Source: Bigelowiella natans CCMP2755 (taxonomy: Eukaryota > Protista > Cercozoa). Taken from it: a DNA stretch of 64,000 bases. This document shows, one piece after another, positions 27,404 through 38,496 of this stretch. Position 1 is the stretch's first letter; each line of letters begins with the position of its first letter. Position numbers and translations under genes: made by a program. The notes under the pieces were generated by a model. It saw nothing but the letters and a program-made list of their open reading frames with translations. It had not been told where the DNA came from and searched no databases. Where the stretch lies: NCBI GenBank assembly GCA_000320545.1, contig ADNK01001276.1, positions 144,703 through 208,702 on the forward strand. The letters run 5' to 3'.

Positions 27404-28477
27404 TCATCGCTTTCGGAACTTCACCAACCACCAGGTAATAGATTCCTCTCTAACCTTATCTCCTTTGTCGCTTACCCAGAACTCACCTTCGTCCTTAGGT
27501 TCGTGTCCATACCAGCCCTCTGCATCAAGGTCCCCCAGGACCTTATACCAGTGCTCAAAGGGTAAGTCGGGAACAGCTAGGTAGAGTAGCTGATATTTTC
27601 CGTCCTTTATTTTCATAGCTACCCTCTCCATATTTCGTAATCCAGGGTAGCCTAGATAGACAATCTTCATGCGCCAATCGTCGTTCACCCTGACCTTATT
27701 GTTTCCATATTCCACATCGAACTTAGGTCGGGGTCCTAAACAAGGCATTGCTCGCTCCCACACAGTAGGGTTTACTTTAACATCCTCTAGGAGCTTCTCA
27801 CCGATATCATAATTCTTTAGGTGACTGATGTGGCGCAAGGTGACCCTGTTCCCATCATAGATGTAGTACTGCTTCCTCCCCTTCCTCTCGGTAACCTTTG
27901 CAACGCCACCCCAGAAGGGGTCTTGTTTATTTCTCGATCTCAGATTTACCTTGGCCCTAACATACTGTCCTTCCTTTAGAACTCGGCCATCGTACGGGAC
28001 CTTCTCGTCTTCGCTCTCGGTATCGTCGTCGTTGTCGTCGCCTTCTTCCCTCTCCTTATCCTTGATACCTCCCCCAGACGTGAAGGTGTCGTTTACTAAC
28101 CCTTGTATCTTGTCTGGTGTGGTGCTATTTATCCTGCTTAGGTTGGCCAAGGTGCGGTGGAGTCGCTCTACCTTGGAGTTGGACTGGGCATAGTATACAG
28201 GTGAGGCATCAATATTAGGGTGTGGTAGCTGTAGAAGAGAGGTCTCATTATCCACATGTAACTTCTTTGGTATCTTGTTTATGCTAACTTCATCAGGGAT
28301 AGCCTGGAGCTCAGACTCCCAGGTACGGTAGCAGTTAGTAAGCCTCTGCTTATATAAGCCTTTGTTCTTCTTAGCAACGTTGACCTTGATAATCTTTTTA
28401 ACCCAGCACTTTCCAGTGGCCACATCAACGAAGGTAAGGTAGTGATAGCCATCGTACTTATAAACATCAATTTGCAC
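27404..28477 (-). CDS. Integrase core (DDE) plus GPY/F-SH3-like region plus C-terminal Dam-like methyltransferase-fold domain; lacks the HHCC zinc finger
   Basis: ARNFLDIVQID..YLTFVD, PKKLHVDNE, QSNSKVERLHRTL; GQYV...PFWGGVAKV...RHISHLKNY. Reading frame is -1 relative to the gag-pol ORF. Confidence 0.85.
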   Translation of the reverse strand: MQIDVYKYDGYHYLTFVDVATGKCWVKKIIKVNVAKKNKGLYKQRLTNCYRTWESELQAIPDEVSINKIPKKLHVDNETSLLQLPHPNIDASPVYYAQSNSKVERLHRTLANLSRINSTTPDKIQGLVNDTFTSGGGIKDKEREEGDDNDDDTESEDEKVPYDGRVLKEGQYVRAKVNLRSRNKQDPFWGGVAKVTERKGRKQYYIYDGNRVTLRHISHLKNYDIGEKLLEDVKVNPTVWERAMPCLGPRPKFDVEYGNNKVRVNDDWRMKIVYLGYPGLRNMERVAMKIKDGKYQLLYLAVPDLPFEHWYKVLGDLDAEGWYGHEPKDEGEFWVSDKGDKVREESITWWLVKFRKR

Positions 28478-28482
28478 GATAT

Positions 28483-31400
28483 CTAAGAAGTTCCTTGCTT
28501 GTCAGTCATTAAGGTGAAGCTGGGCACCGACAGCAGGTAGTATCTTAGTTTCCTCTGCGCCTCAGTCATGGCTTTATACTCTCCTTTTGTAGGGCTGTAC
28601 TTGGCCTCAGCTGCTGTGCAGGCCCTGCCCCACACCCGTATGATCTGCTGGTCTTGGGTAAGTACAGCAGCCATACCTAGCTTAGACCAGTCTGTCCATA
28701 GGGTAGCTGGTCTAGTAGTGTCTAGCTTAGCATTCAATAGGGTGTTGCTGCATAACTTTATTAGGTTATCGAAGTGGGCATCAAGGCCAGCCTTGGCCCA
28801 CACCTTAGCGAAGCTGAGGCCTACAGAGTTCTCCTTCCGGTAAGCAGTAGTAAAAGCAGCTGCAGTCCTAGCGTAGGTAGGGGAGAACCTACGTAGTATC
28901 CAAGCTGCAGTCTGCAAGAATGACTTTAACTCCTTTGCATTCTTAGGTTTAGGGGCTTGCTGTAGTGCTGCTACTTTCTCGGGGTTTGGGGTGATGCGGC
29001 CTTGCTCCAGGTAATATCCACACCACTTGATTCTTGTAGCTAGGAATGTACACTTCTGCAGTCTAATAGTAAAACCGAAGTGTGCAAACCTAATAAATAT
29101 ATTTTCCAGGAGGAAGATCTGAGCGACGACTGTGTTGGTACATATTATGTCATCATCCACATACACAAACACAAACACCCACAACACAGACGCCATCCCA
29201 TCATGTGTGTATGCCCTGTAGTTCTGACTACTGAACGCATCCCCTGATATGCTTAGGCCGTAAGGGAATACGACGAAGTGCCACTTCCTGTGCCTGCTGG
29301 AGAACGCGGTAATGGGGCGGGAGGTTTTGTGGATGGGTGTCTGCATGTATGATTCATTTTTATCTAGGGAAGAGTAGTATTTGTATCCTATGACGTGTTC
29401 AATAACGTCATCTATCCTTGGTGTAGGTGTCTGGATCCTCTTTATTACTCGGTTGTGGCGGATGAAGTTGTGCGCCAGGCGGAAGAAAGGGTAAGTAGGT
29501 TTCTTAGCTAGCACATGTCTCACGTTCCATGGTGAGTTGCTTGGCTCTATCTTCCCTTCCTTTGCCCATTCATTGATCTGCCACTCTATCTTTTCCCAGT
29601 CCGCTTCCGGTCGCCTATGTTCTGGGTCATTGATGATGCACTCTTCGTATCCCTTCTTTAGCTCGATCTTTACTGGGGTAAGCTTGCTGGAGGGCTTCGT
29701 CGTCGGCTTGGTGATGTCAGAGTACTTCTCGTTTAATATTTTATTAATGTACTTTTTGCCTTTGTCGATATCCCAATCATCAGCTGGGGGGGTCTTGTCC
29801 AGTAGCTCCGTTATCTGTCGGATGGTCTTGCCGGGGTTCTTCTTCCGTAGCTCGGTAGGTGTAGGTAGCTTGTTGTCCGCTAGGTCCATAAACTCTAACG
29901 CATTAACGCTTGACTCAGAGGTCCACTCGTCAAGCCGTATCATGTTCTGGCTGATGGTCCTGCCTGACTTCTTTGGCAACTTAGCAAAGTATATCTTGTG
30001 ATTGTAGAATGATATGATCCCCCCTAATTTTTCTAGGGCATCCTGTCCGAGGAGTAGTTCCATGGATAAAGTCATGGCTACTCGGGTCTTGATTTGGGTC
30101 TCCGCGTCGCTGCCAGGTATCTGTAGCTTTAGCATTAGCTCACCGACGGTCTTCATGGAAGAGCTTCCGTCTGCTTGAGCATATTTACGTTCTTTCTTAG
30201 TCACTTGATCCAATAGTCCTAACCTTCTTACTGTGCTTAGGCTTATGAAGGACTTCGGCATGCTGCCACTATCCCAAAGGGCAGGTAGTTTCTTGTAGTC
30301 TCCGTAGCTGTCTTTAACTTTAACCTTGGTCATAGCAACTTTGATAGTCCTGTTAGCGTCTTCGTCATTAATGTTGCATACTCCTAAGTTCTTTATGTCG
30401 TCTAGGGTCATGGGCTTGTCTTGGTCCTGCGTTGCTGGTACTGCTGTCTTCGTCGGCGCCTGCTTAAGGTGATCTAATATTCCGTTTATCTGCTGCTGTA
30501 TAGCATTGATACTGTTCTGCTTTTTGTTCTTATATTTATTGTTCTTCCCGTTGTTGCTGCCTTGCCATTTGCTGTTGTTATATCCTTGTCCTCTGCCTTT
30601 CTTTCTCTTTAACTTCTCGTAGTGTTCGTTGAGCTGCCTGATCGTCATCCTGGGTCGTCCTTCTTTCCTGTCTCTGCAGTCTTTAGCGGTGTGTTTCCCT
30701 TTACGTGAGCAGTATCCGCAACGTCGGTTACCTTCCCTGTCCTTGTACCAGTCTCGCTGCGGCTTAATAGCGTTAATGTTTCCTATGCCAGGTACCTTAG
30801 GGCTGGTAAACTTGCGGTCCTGCTCCTGCTCGCGTAGGGATATAGCCTGCACTGCTGCCTCCATCGTGGTGTAGCCTTTCTCCGTAACGTAAGTGGATTC
30901 CTTTATCTTTAACTTGAACTCTTCAAACCTTGCCTGATCATCACCTGTGTTGTAATTAAAATCATGTAGTTCGTCGATCATATCCTGGAAGCGCGTGGCA
31001 AAGTCTCTAACAGGTTCTCTCTCATGCTGCATCATTGCTCTGTATTTTCTAATAGCCTGGGGTAGGGAGTTAGCATCCTGTTCATTTACAAAAGCCTTCA
31101 TTATCGCCTCAACGTCTCGTAGCCCACTAACTGTAGTGTGTATTTTCTCTAGCTGCCTGATCCGGGTCCTGCCTGTCTCGTAAAGGTCCATGGCTTGCTT
31201 TATTATAGCTAGCCATTTGAGCTTGTCGTTTTCGGTGGGGTTAGGGGTAAAGTCGCAGAGTATACTCCTAGCGTTCTTCCACCACCTCCTTGCCTCACCT
31301 CTTTTCCCGTTGTATTTCGTTATCATAACCGGTGCTGTTTTAACAGACATGAACTGGGTGTTCCGCTGTACCGGCTGCTGCTGCTTGACGGTGCTCTGGG

Positions 31401-31827
31401 TCGTCCCCCGCGAGGCGCCCAGACCCCCGTCGTTCCTAAACAAAGCTGCCCACTCTGGAGGTAAGTCTGCTTCGTAATCCATGATGTCCTGCATGATAGC
31501 TGCCCAAACATCATGTGTCTGATACTTGTATTCTATCGATACTTTCAGTTTGGCGTAGTTGCTCGCCCTGGGTCGCAAGGCTCGTAATGCCATTACGACC
31601 TTCTTGCTTTCGGCGGCCACGTCCTCGTCGTCCGCCTCGTAGAAGTTCTCCAGTGCCTCTGCTGCTGCATCTGCTTTCTTAATCCCGGGTGCTGGTCCCG
31701 GCGGTGCCTGTGGAGGTGTTCCTCCTCCTTCCTTAGCGTCCGTATCGCCCTTCCTTTCCTGTTTCTGCTCGTGCCCTTGCACGGCCTGCGAGCCAAAGTC
31801 CTGCTGTTCTTCTAGCTGCTGTGACAT
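28483..31827 (-). CDS. gag-pol: Gag-Pol polyprotein (Gag zinc knuckle, aspartic protease, reverse transcriptase, truncated RNase H)
   Basis: CGYCSRKGKHTAKDC; LWDSGS; IEPSNSPWN, SLDKNESYMQ, FPYGL, YVDDD, KCTF; TDWSKLG, YSPTKGEYKA, FTLMTD then stop. Confidence 0.95.
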   Translation of the reverse strand: MSQQLEEQQDFGSQAVQGHEQKQERKGDTDAKEGGGTPPQAPPGPAPGIKKADAAAEALENFYEADDEDVAAESKKVVMALRALRPRASNYAKLKVSIEYKYQTHDVWAAIMQDIMDYEADLPPEWAALFRNDGGLGASRGTTQSTVKQQQPVQRNTQFMSVKTAPVMITKYNGKRGEARRWWKNARSILCDFTPNPTENDKLKWLAIIKQAMDLYETGRTRIRQLEKIHTTVSGLRDVEAIMKAFVNEQDANSLPQAIRKYRAMMQHEREPVRDFATRFQDMIDELHDFNYNTGDDQARFEEFKLKIKESTYVTEKGYTTMEAAVQAISLREQEQDRKFTSPKVPGIGNINAIKPQRDWYKDREGNRRCGYCSRKGKHTAKDCRDRKEGRPRMTIRQLNEHYEKLKRKKGRGQGYNNSKWQGSNNGKNNKYKNKKQNSINAIQQQINGILDHLKQAPTKTAVPATQDQDKPMTLDDIKNLGVCNINDEDANRTIKVAMTKVKVKDSYGDYKKLPALWDSGSMPKSFISLSTVRRLGLLDQVTKKERKYAQADGSSSMKTVGELMLKLQIPGSDAETQIKTRVAMTLSMELLLGQDALEKLGGIISFYNHKIYFAKLPKKSGRTISQNMIRLDEWTSESSVNALEFMDLADNKLPTPTELRKKNPGKTIRQITELLDKTPPADDWDIDKGKKYINKILNEKYSDITKPTTKPSSKLTPVKIELKKGYEECIINDPEHRRPEADWEKIEWQINEWAKEGKIEPSNSPWNVRHVLAKKPTYPFFRLAHNFIRHNRVIKRIQTPTPRIDDVIEHVIGYKYYSSLDKNESYMQTPIHKTSRPITAFSSRHRKWHFVVFPYGLSISGDAFSSQNYRAYTHDGMASVLWVFVFVYVDDDIICTNTVVAQIFLLENIFIRFAHFGFTIRLQKCTFLATRIKWCGYYLEQGRITPNPEKVAALQQAPKPKNAKELKSFLQTAAWILRRFSPTYARTAAAFTTAYRKENSVGLSFAKVWAKAGLDAHFDNLIKLCSNTLLNAKLDTTRPATLWTDWSKLGMAAVLTQDQQIIRVWGRACTAAEAKYSPTKGEYKAMTEAQRKLRYYLLSVPSFTLMTDKQGTS

Positions 31828-31843
31828 TGTTAGTCAAATCGTT

Positions 31844-31861
31844 TCCCGTGTGTGGAAGCCA
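31844..31861 (-). promoter_or_regulatory. Putative tRNA primer-binding site (TGGCTTCCACACACGGGA); also at 830-847
   Basis: Starts with TGG 5 nt inside the 5' LTR edge. Its complement TCGTTTCCCGTGTGTGGAAGCCA resembles a tRNA T-loop/acceptor end. Confidence 0.65.
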
Positions 31862-31866
31862 AAGGT

Positions 31867-32192
31867 TGTTGCGCGTAAGGTGTTCACAGGCCGAGGCGCT
31901 ACGTGCACAAGTAGGCAGGGGGGGGGAAAGGCACGTTTGCTTCCTTTTGAAGAGTTGTGTTTATTTTTATTAAAGATTATATTTTTATTAAATCGTGCAC
32001 TGCGTAATCATTCGCGAAGCTTTCGCGAATGCCGCCGCACGTGGGGCAGCACACTTCCGGTGTGCTGCCATGAGTCCCGCCGGAACCCACGTGCCTATGC
32101 TGTATTAATATCTACGTTATCTATATTCTATATCCGCGACAACCCCTTTGTTGTCGCACGTGACTTGTGCCCGCGTAGTGGTACGCGCTACA
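31867..32192 (-). repeat. 5' LTR of copy 2
   Basis: TG...CA, followed by TSD GGGA. Confidence 0.97.
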
Positions 32193-32880
32193 GGGAACAC
32201 AGCTAGCTAGACAGCTAGGTGCGAGCACAACGCACGTCGATCACGTTCGTTGCGTGAGCCTGGACTCTAGCACTGCAGTGCACATTGCACACTTGCTAGC
32301 ATGCCAGCATAGCACACGCTGCCTAGACATGGTGACAGCTGCGGATGAGGCGCGCTTGTCTTTTGTGCAGCATCCATGCAGCGCATTGCTAGATTTCTTG
32401 CCATGCGCAACATGGGCGATCAAAATTCCGTTCATTGGTGCATTGGTCTCATTTGTCTCACTCCGTTCTAAATGCATGTAACAGAATTACCAACAAATTC
32501 CTTTGTCCAGAAACGAGCATGATGAAATCAAATAAAATCGAAAATGAACCCAGGCTTTGCGTCGTGTCTCAACAATGACAAGTTAAATCCACTTGCGTTC
32601 TGTCATCCGTCGAAGTGTAGAGGCCAAGAAAAAATGGATGTGCCTTCTATTTACAAGGTAGTGCTTACAGCAAACTCACTGACTCATCAAAATACGTGTA
32701 TATGTGTATACATGTGTGCATTTGCTCTTTGAGAGAAAACAAAACTTTCAGTGCATTGGGCACAGCCGAATCAATAGCCGAATCTTGTGCACATGCAGGT
32801 TGAGAACGAAAGTCATTCTTGTATTCTCTGCACACGAGATTACCACGATGTGGCTTGAACTGTCCATACTTATATCTACG

Positions 32881-33090
32881 CTATATTGTGGGAATTAGAG
32901 CATCCACGACGCTAGCTCGTTTCCGTTGGCACTTGAACCAATACTTGCTGCTGCTGCTGCTGCTGCTACTGACACCGGATTTTCAGTAGTGGCGGGTCCT
33001 ACCGGCTGCGAAGAAGTACTTCCAACTTGAATCCCAACCGTTACCTGCTCCAGCATAATAAAGGATATGAATCACGTTCACGTAAACACA

Positions 33091-33174
<84 letters not shown>

Positions 33175-33462
33175 CTCTGCTCAAGTTAGAAGATGTAGTG
33201 GGCAGTCGCCTTCAAGTCGAGGTGCAAAGGATTGTGCCACTCGATGCGTACCGGAAACTTGCGGAGGTCATTGGCCAACTTGGGAAATAGGGTAATCATC
33301 ATAGATTCTAACTGCAGCTGCTTTATAAGAGGAGCACAGGCACACACACACAGACAGATAGACACGATAGCTTCCTCAACCATTCAATAGTCTACGCAGC
33401 GCTCTCGATTTGATAGCTAGGATCGATCATGGGGGAAAAGAAGGAGGGGAAGAAACCTGGTG

Positions 33463-33499
<37 letters not shown>

Positions 33500-34635
33500 A
33501 GCTGCAATTCCAACTGGTTCCCCAACGACGGTGTTGCTTGTATCACCGGCGGAGGCGGTGCCGCCGCTGGATGAAGAATTTCCGCTCGAGAGAGGTGTAG
33601 CTCCTGTCGCAGTGCCGGTTGCATTGTTTGTACTGCTCCCGCTGTTGCTGCTATCTTCTCGGCCAATACTTCCCCCGCCACCTACACTGTTGGTCCCACC
33701 ACCTCTCCCCACCTTAGAATCGCTCCCTGCTTGTCCTCCTCCTCCTCCTCCTCCTCCTCCTCCTCCTCCTCCTTCTCCTCCAGATCCCCCCCCCGCGTTG
33801 GTTCTGTGATTACGACCGCGGCTACTGCGAGGGTTCCTACCCCTAACACCCCTTGACGGGACAGATAATAGGAAGAATAACATTTTCATGTCAGTTCAAT
33901 ATCGGTAGAGGATTGCAAAAAGCGAATGACGTATCCCATTTAGGGTTATTACAACACCTAAATTGATGATGATGGTGATGATGATAACGATACATGCCAA
34001 TTATTCATAACATCTCCACATCTCCTACTACGTTGAATAGCTACGATGATGGGCAATAATATATGTATTTGTTGGGGTTGTGTTTTGATTCGATTACTCT
34101 AAAGACGAACGCTGCTGGTATTGGAAGAGGTGTTGCACCAAAATGGTCCTATCAATTAAAAAACCACGAGATCGATCATTTGAGCAACAGCCGCCATCAT
34201 CATGATTTAGGTGCTGCTTCATCTTGCAAGCTTACTACCCTGCAGCCCACACGTTGAGTCTTGGCCCCGAGATATTGACCAAGCCCTCCTGTGTGAACAG
34301 TGGAGGCAAAAAAAGAAGAAGAATTAGAAAAAGAAGAAGAAGAAGAGAGAGAGAATTGATGATGATTGTGCATGGATGTCTGTTCGTATTAAGTTGAGCA
34401 GCATGAGACCACATCGCTCCTTCACTAATATACCAACAGCAAAAGCAGGTAGTATCACCTTTTCTATCTGTATAGTAGCTCCCGTTGTTTGTCGTATGCC
34501 CTGTATCTTAGAGCCCTGTGCCGTTGTAAGAACAGAAAGAGACGAAATCACCACAGTAGACGAATATACACCATCAAATTATCACACATAGAATGATGAG
34601 CAAATTGATAACACATATACATATGCAGCTGCGTG

Positions 34636-34675
<40 letters not shown>

Positions 34676-34905
34676 CGGCAGTGGTAAAAAATAGCCAACC
34701 TTCCTTCCTATAATACTTCCCAGACTAGAGGGAGAGACCGAGAGCTGTTATAGTGGAGGGAGAGAGGCAGAGAGGGGGAGAGGAAATAAGGAAGAGAGGG
34801 AGGGCAAGGATCTCAGGGGTATGTCTTTGTATGTTCCAGGTTGTTCCCAATGCCTAATACTTCTATTGCTACTACGACAACTAACTAATCTGTCCGTAAG
34901 TGGGT

Positions 34906-34938
<33 letters not shown>

Positions 34939-35839
34939 GTGATATTGCAGCTCCCTGATGTACCCCCCAGAGCGCACAATATCAGCGCAACAGCCTTTTG
35001 CAAGACCTGGTAAACACGACAATGTGTTTGGGTCAAAGACTTGTTGGTTTGTTCGACTCGTTATCCGCAGTTTGTGCGTAATGAGGCATACAATTACATC
35101 TACTACTACTAACACTACTACTACTACCTCTAATACTGGCGATCTTATCGTTACATATCTCTCTCCTTCCCCCTTATAATCCTGTGTGGAAACAGAGACA
35201 ACAAAGGAAGAATCAGTCACTTCCGTTCGTTCATTGATTGGTTTTACTATCACCGAGATGGATATTATCGCCCCACTTTGCGCCTTGATTCGCTGAATAG
35301 TTGCCCCTGATGGGAGATAAGGAAGAAGTGGTAAATAAATGAGTTGCAACTTGGAGGAGGACACATCACAACACTTGATCATTGATGATGTGAAATTATT
35401 AGCCAACAAATTCAAACAGCAGCCAAGCAATCAATTTACATGGATGAAATACCTTTTCTCCCGATGAGGACACCAATCTTTAAGTTCAAAACCACAAGCT
35501 GCGCGGAGGGGAAAGCAGAAGACTTAGTGGACATAGATCGATATCAAAAAGAAATATGAAATTTGAGAGTATCATCATCGTAAAACACCGTGAGATCTCA
35601 CCTTTATCTCTGCGTCAGTTGCAAAAGGCGTTCCGGAGGGTGACGTGCTCGCTGCTCCCCCCCAACCCTGCACTCCCCCTCTTCCTCTTCCTCTTGCTCC
35701 TCCTCCTCCTCCTCTACCTACAGGTCCTTGCATTGATCCCCCACTTGAGGCTACTAACCCTCCTCCGCCTCCTCCCCGTCCTCCTCCGCCGAGGGACAAA
35801 GGCTGACTTCCAGCACCAAGCTGCTGTTGCTGGTGATGG

Positions 35840-35874
<35 letters not shown>

Positions 35875-36720
35875 TTGTTGATGATGATGGTGTTGTTGTT
35901 GGGAATGCTGCTGAGGGGGTGTGGAAAGGTGGCCTGTGGCTGCCTGATGGATGATCTGCAGAGAGGAGGGAGAAAACGGTACGGAAGACGAGAACAACGA
36001 CGAGGTAGAAGCTCCGGACTAATTGGTATGAGAAGAAGAAGAAGAAGAAGAAGAAGAAGAAGAAGAAGAAGAATCAGAGCAAATATCACATTATAGCAGG
36101 CAAGCCATTAAATTGTCGAGAGCATTTGGAGCTTGATGAGCACTTTTTGGTCATCGTCATTGTCATCATCAAAATTTCCATCCATCGCCATCCATCGCCA
36201 TCTTCTTAAGGAAAACCGACCTGCAACATAGGTTGCACTGGAAACATCCCTCCAATCCTCAAGTTGTTCATGGCAGCGGAAATAGGCCTGACCAAAAGGT
36301 GGGGGGGGATTAAAATATGTCAGTCAATGGTGAATATGTGTACTCACCAAAATATCTCGATTTTCTTTCGTAAACTCTACACCGGTAATATCTAATTTTC
36401 ATTAATGCTTTTCCTTACGAAGTTGATCCCGGAGCCCCTGCTCTGCCAGGGCTACTTACTGGGGAGGGCACACCCACTGCGACACCTAGTTTATATTTTT
36501 ATTGGGTAAGTTCCATGAGTCATTCATATTACTTTACAAAGCGTGAGAGCCACTGCTAAACTATACCCAAAAATCCGGGATGAAATGTGCTGAAATGTGC
36601 TTAGAATTATATTCACCTCGTAGAGGCAACGGGGCAGGGGCATACGTAACAGGATTTCGCCTTCTTGCGTTGCTCATCTGTGTCAAAACACACACACACA
36701 GACACATATATATTATATAA

Positions 36721-36762
<42 letters not shown>

Positions 36763-37825
36763 GAGAGGCTACTTTGCCTATGCTAGAACCATCATCCTTA
36801 CATCCAAATTTTTCTGTCAACATATTATCCATCCTACGGCTTCGCTCGCATCTACTGCTACATCAAAGTGAGTAAATAGGCCTACGTGTTGTGCGATAAG
36901 TCCAACTGCGCTCGTGAGCTGTTCATCTGTGCCTGTAGGGTTTATCCATAAAACACATCCATCTTTTCAGATATGTAGGGCGTGACCATGGATAGAGCGG
37001 GCACAGCTTTTGAGAAAATTAAAGGAAGAAGGGCAAACAAAGCAACCTTGGATCTTGACAGTGTTCCCATAGCCGTCTATGCAGTCGCTGGATATCTGTA
37101 TGTTGGCGCCCGAGTTCTGCCGAATGCTGTTAATGCGGCTCCCACCTTTACCTAAGAATTGTTGAAGGTGCTTGTCGAATAAGAATTGGACGGAAGAATA
37201 AGCAATTCGCAAGCGCGCCACTTACGTACCAATAATGGAACCCACTTGGGTTTGGGGGATCAGTAGCGTTACGATCAATTCTTCGTCGGGGTCCACTTGT
37301 GTCAAATCTGCAAACGAACGGATGGTCGATTATGAGTAAGGATGCTTTGTATTGTTTTGTAGATTATCCAAATATTCTGTTCCTCCTCCTCCTACCGATG
37401 CCTTTTGAATCATCGGGTTCACTATTGTTCTGTGGGTCTTGGAGAGGCGATGCTTGCAGCGCGATGGCGATCATCCGGACCGCCGACACAACTTTATCTT
37501 TGCCGCCTTTAATAGATGCGATCCTGATGAAGGAAACCCCGGTTAGGCTGCACCTTCGTAGTGGTGACAGTACAAGGTATCTCATCGTCAATTACCTTGG
37601 GACATTCCTAGAATAGTCCGATATGGAAATGGAAGCTCCTGACTGCGTTTTCAGAAACTCCACAACAGATCCACGCCTTCCGATAACCTTTCCCACTTCT
37701 GAGTTCTGCAAAAGTACCTGATGGGAGACATCCATGTTTAAGATACCAATTTTGCTTTCCGTAGCGACGTTATCAGCGACCTGCAGAAATGAGCTCGGGT
37801 TTTCCCCATCCTTCGCTTCCGACAT
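32881..37825 (-). CDS. Four-KH-domain RNA-binding protein (PCBP/Nova/hnRNP K-like), multi-exon; 3' end approximate
   Basis: GxxG loops VGKVIGRRGSVV, VGSIIG-KGGSRINSIRQNSGANIQIS, IGVLIGEK-GATIQRIKAQSGAIISIS, LGSIIGRK-GSKIQGIRQTTGATIQIEK; Gln/Gly low-complexity linkers. Confidence 0.85.
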
Positions 37826-38496
37826 GTTGAAACCTGGATTTCTCCTGCTATTTAAGGGAAAAGTGTGAGGATATACACGGATTTCTTACTCCACAAGGCA
37901 TCCTTGAACGAAGGATGGGTCGAGAAAATATTTTATGTAGCGTCAGGCATTTCTGCCTAAGAAAGGTAGGATGACCACATTCGGAAGTGGTTGCGAGAAC
38001 TGTGATTTCTTTCTCAGATCTTCCTCAGGCTCATTGGCCCTTAAACAGGAAGTTTCTTCCGAGAAAGTTCTCAAACACTCGAAAGTTCTAACCCTTTCAG
38101 TGCCCGAATTCAAAAATTGTGTGTTCAAAACCGCAGAATGAACAACGCACATGCGCATATACGACAGCCCACTAGAGGCAACAACACAGTCTCCACAACA
38201 TTCCTAGTTCTGTCTCATTCAAGTCATCATTATTCAAAAGGGTAAATCACCCTAGTAGCCAGTCTCCATTGATCCCCAGCCGTGTAGGGGGGGAAGGATC
38301 GGATGCGCAAGATTTAAGGTTAAAAATAATCCTTAAGAATTAAGTTTGCCTAATATCTAATATATTGTTGGTCTAAATGCCGTTCAAAATACATTTTATC
38401 TGTGTATTCTAGAAATCGCCAGATAAAAATCCACCTCTTTTTTGCTATTAGCGGGATATAGGACAGAGTGCGCTTAGACTTTTCTCTGGAGCGACC

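Larger units (their letters stand above)
27027..32192 (-). mobile_element. Ty3/gypsy-type LTR retrotransposon, copy 2 (5166 bp, both LTRs, probable internal deletion in pol)
   Basis: Two apparently identical 326-bp LTRs; 4-bp TSD GGGA at 27023-27026 and 32193-32196; PBS and PPT present; domain order Gag-PR-RT-RH-IN. Confidence 0.97.

Noticed and set aside
28477-28510. Programmed -1 frameshift between RNase H and integrase
   Set aside because: No X XXY YYZ slippery heptamer, and conserved domains are missing on both sides; deletion explains it better.
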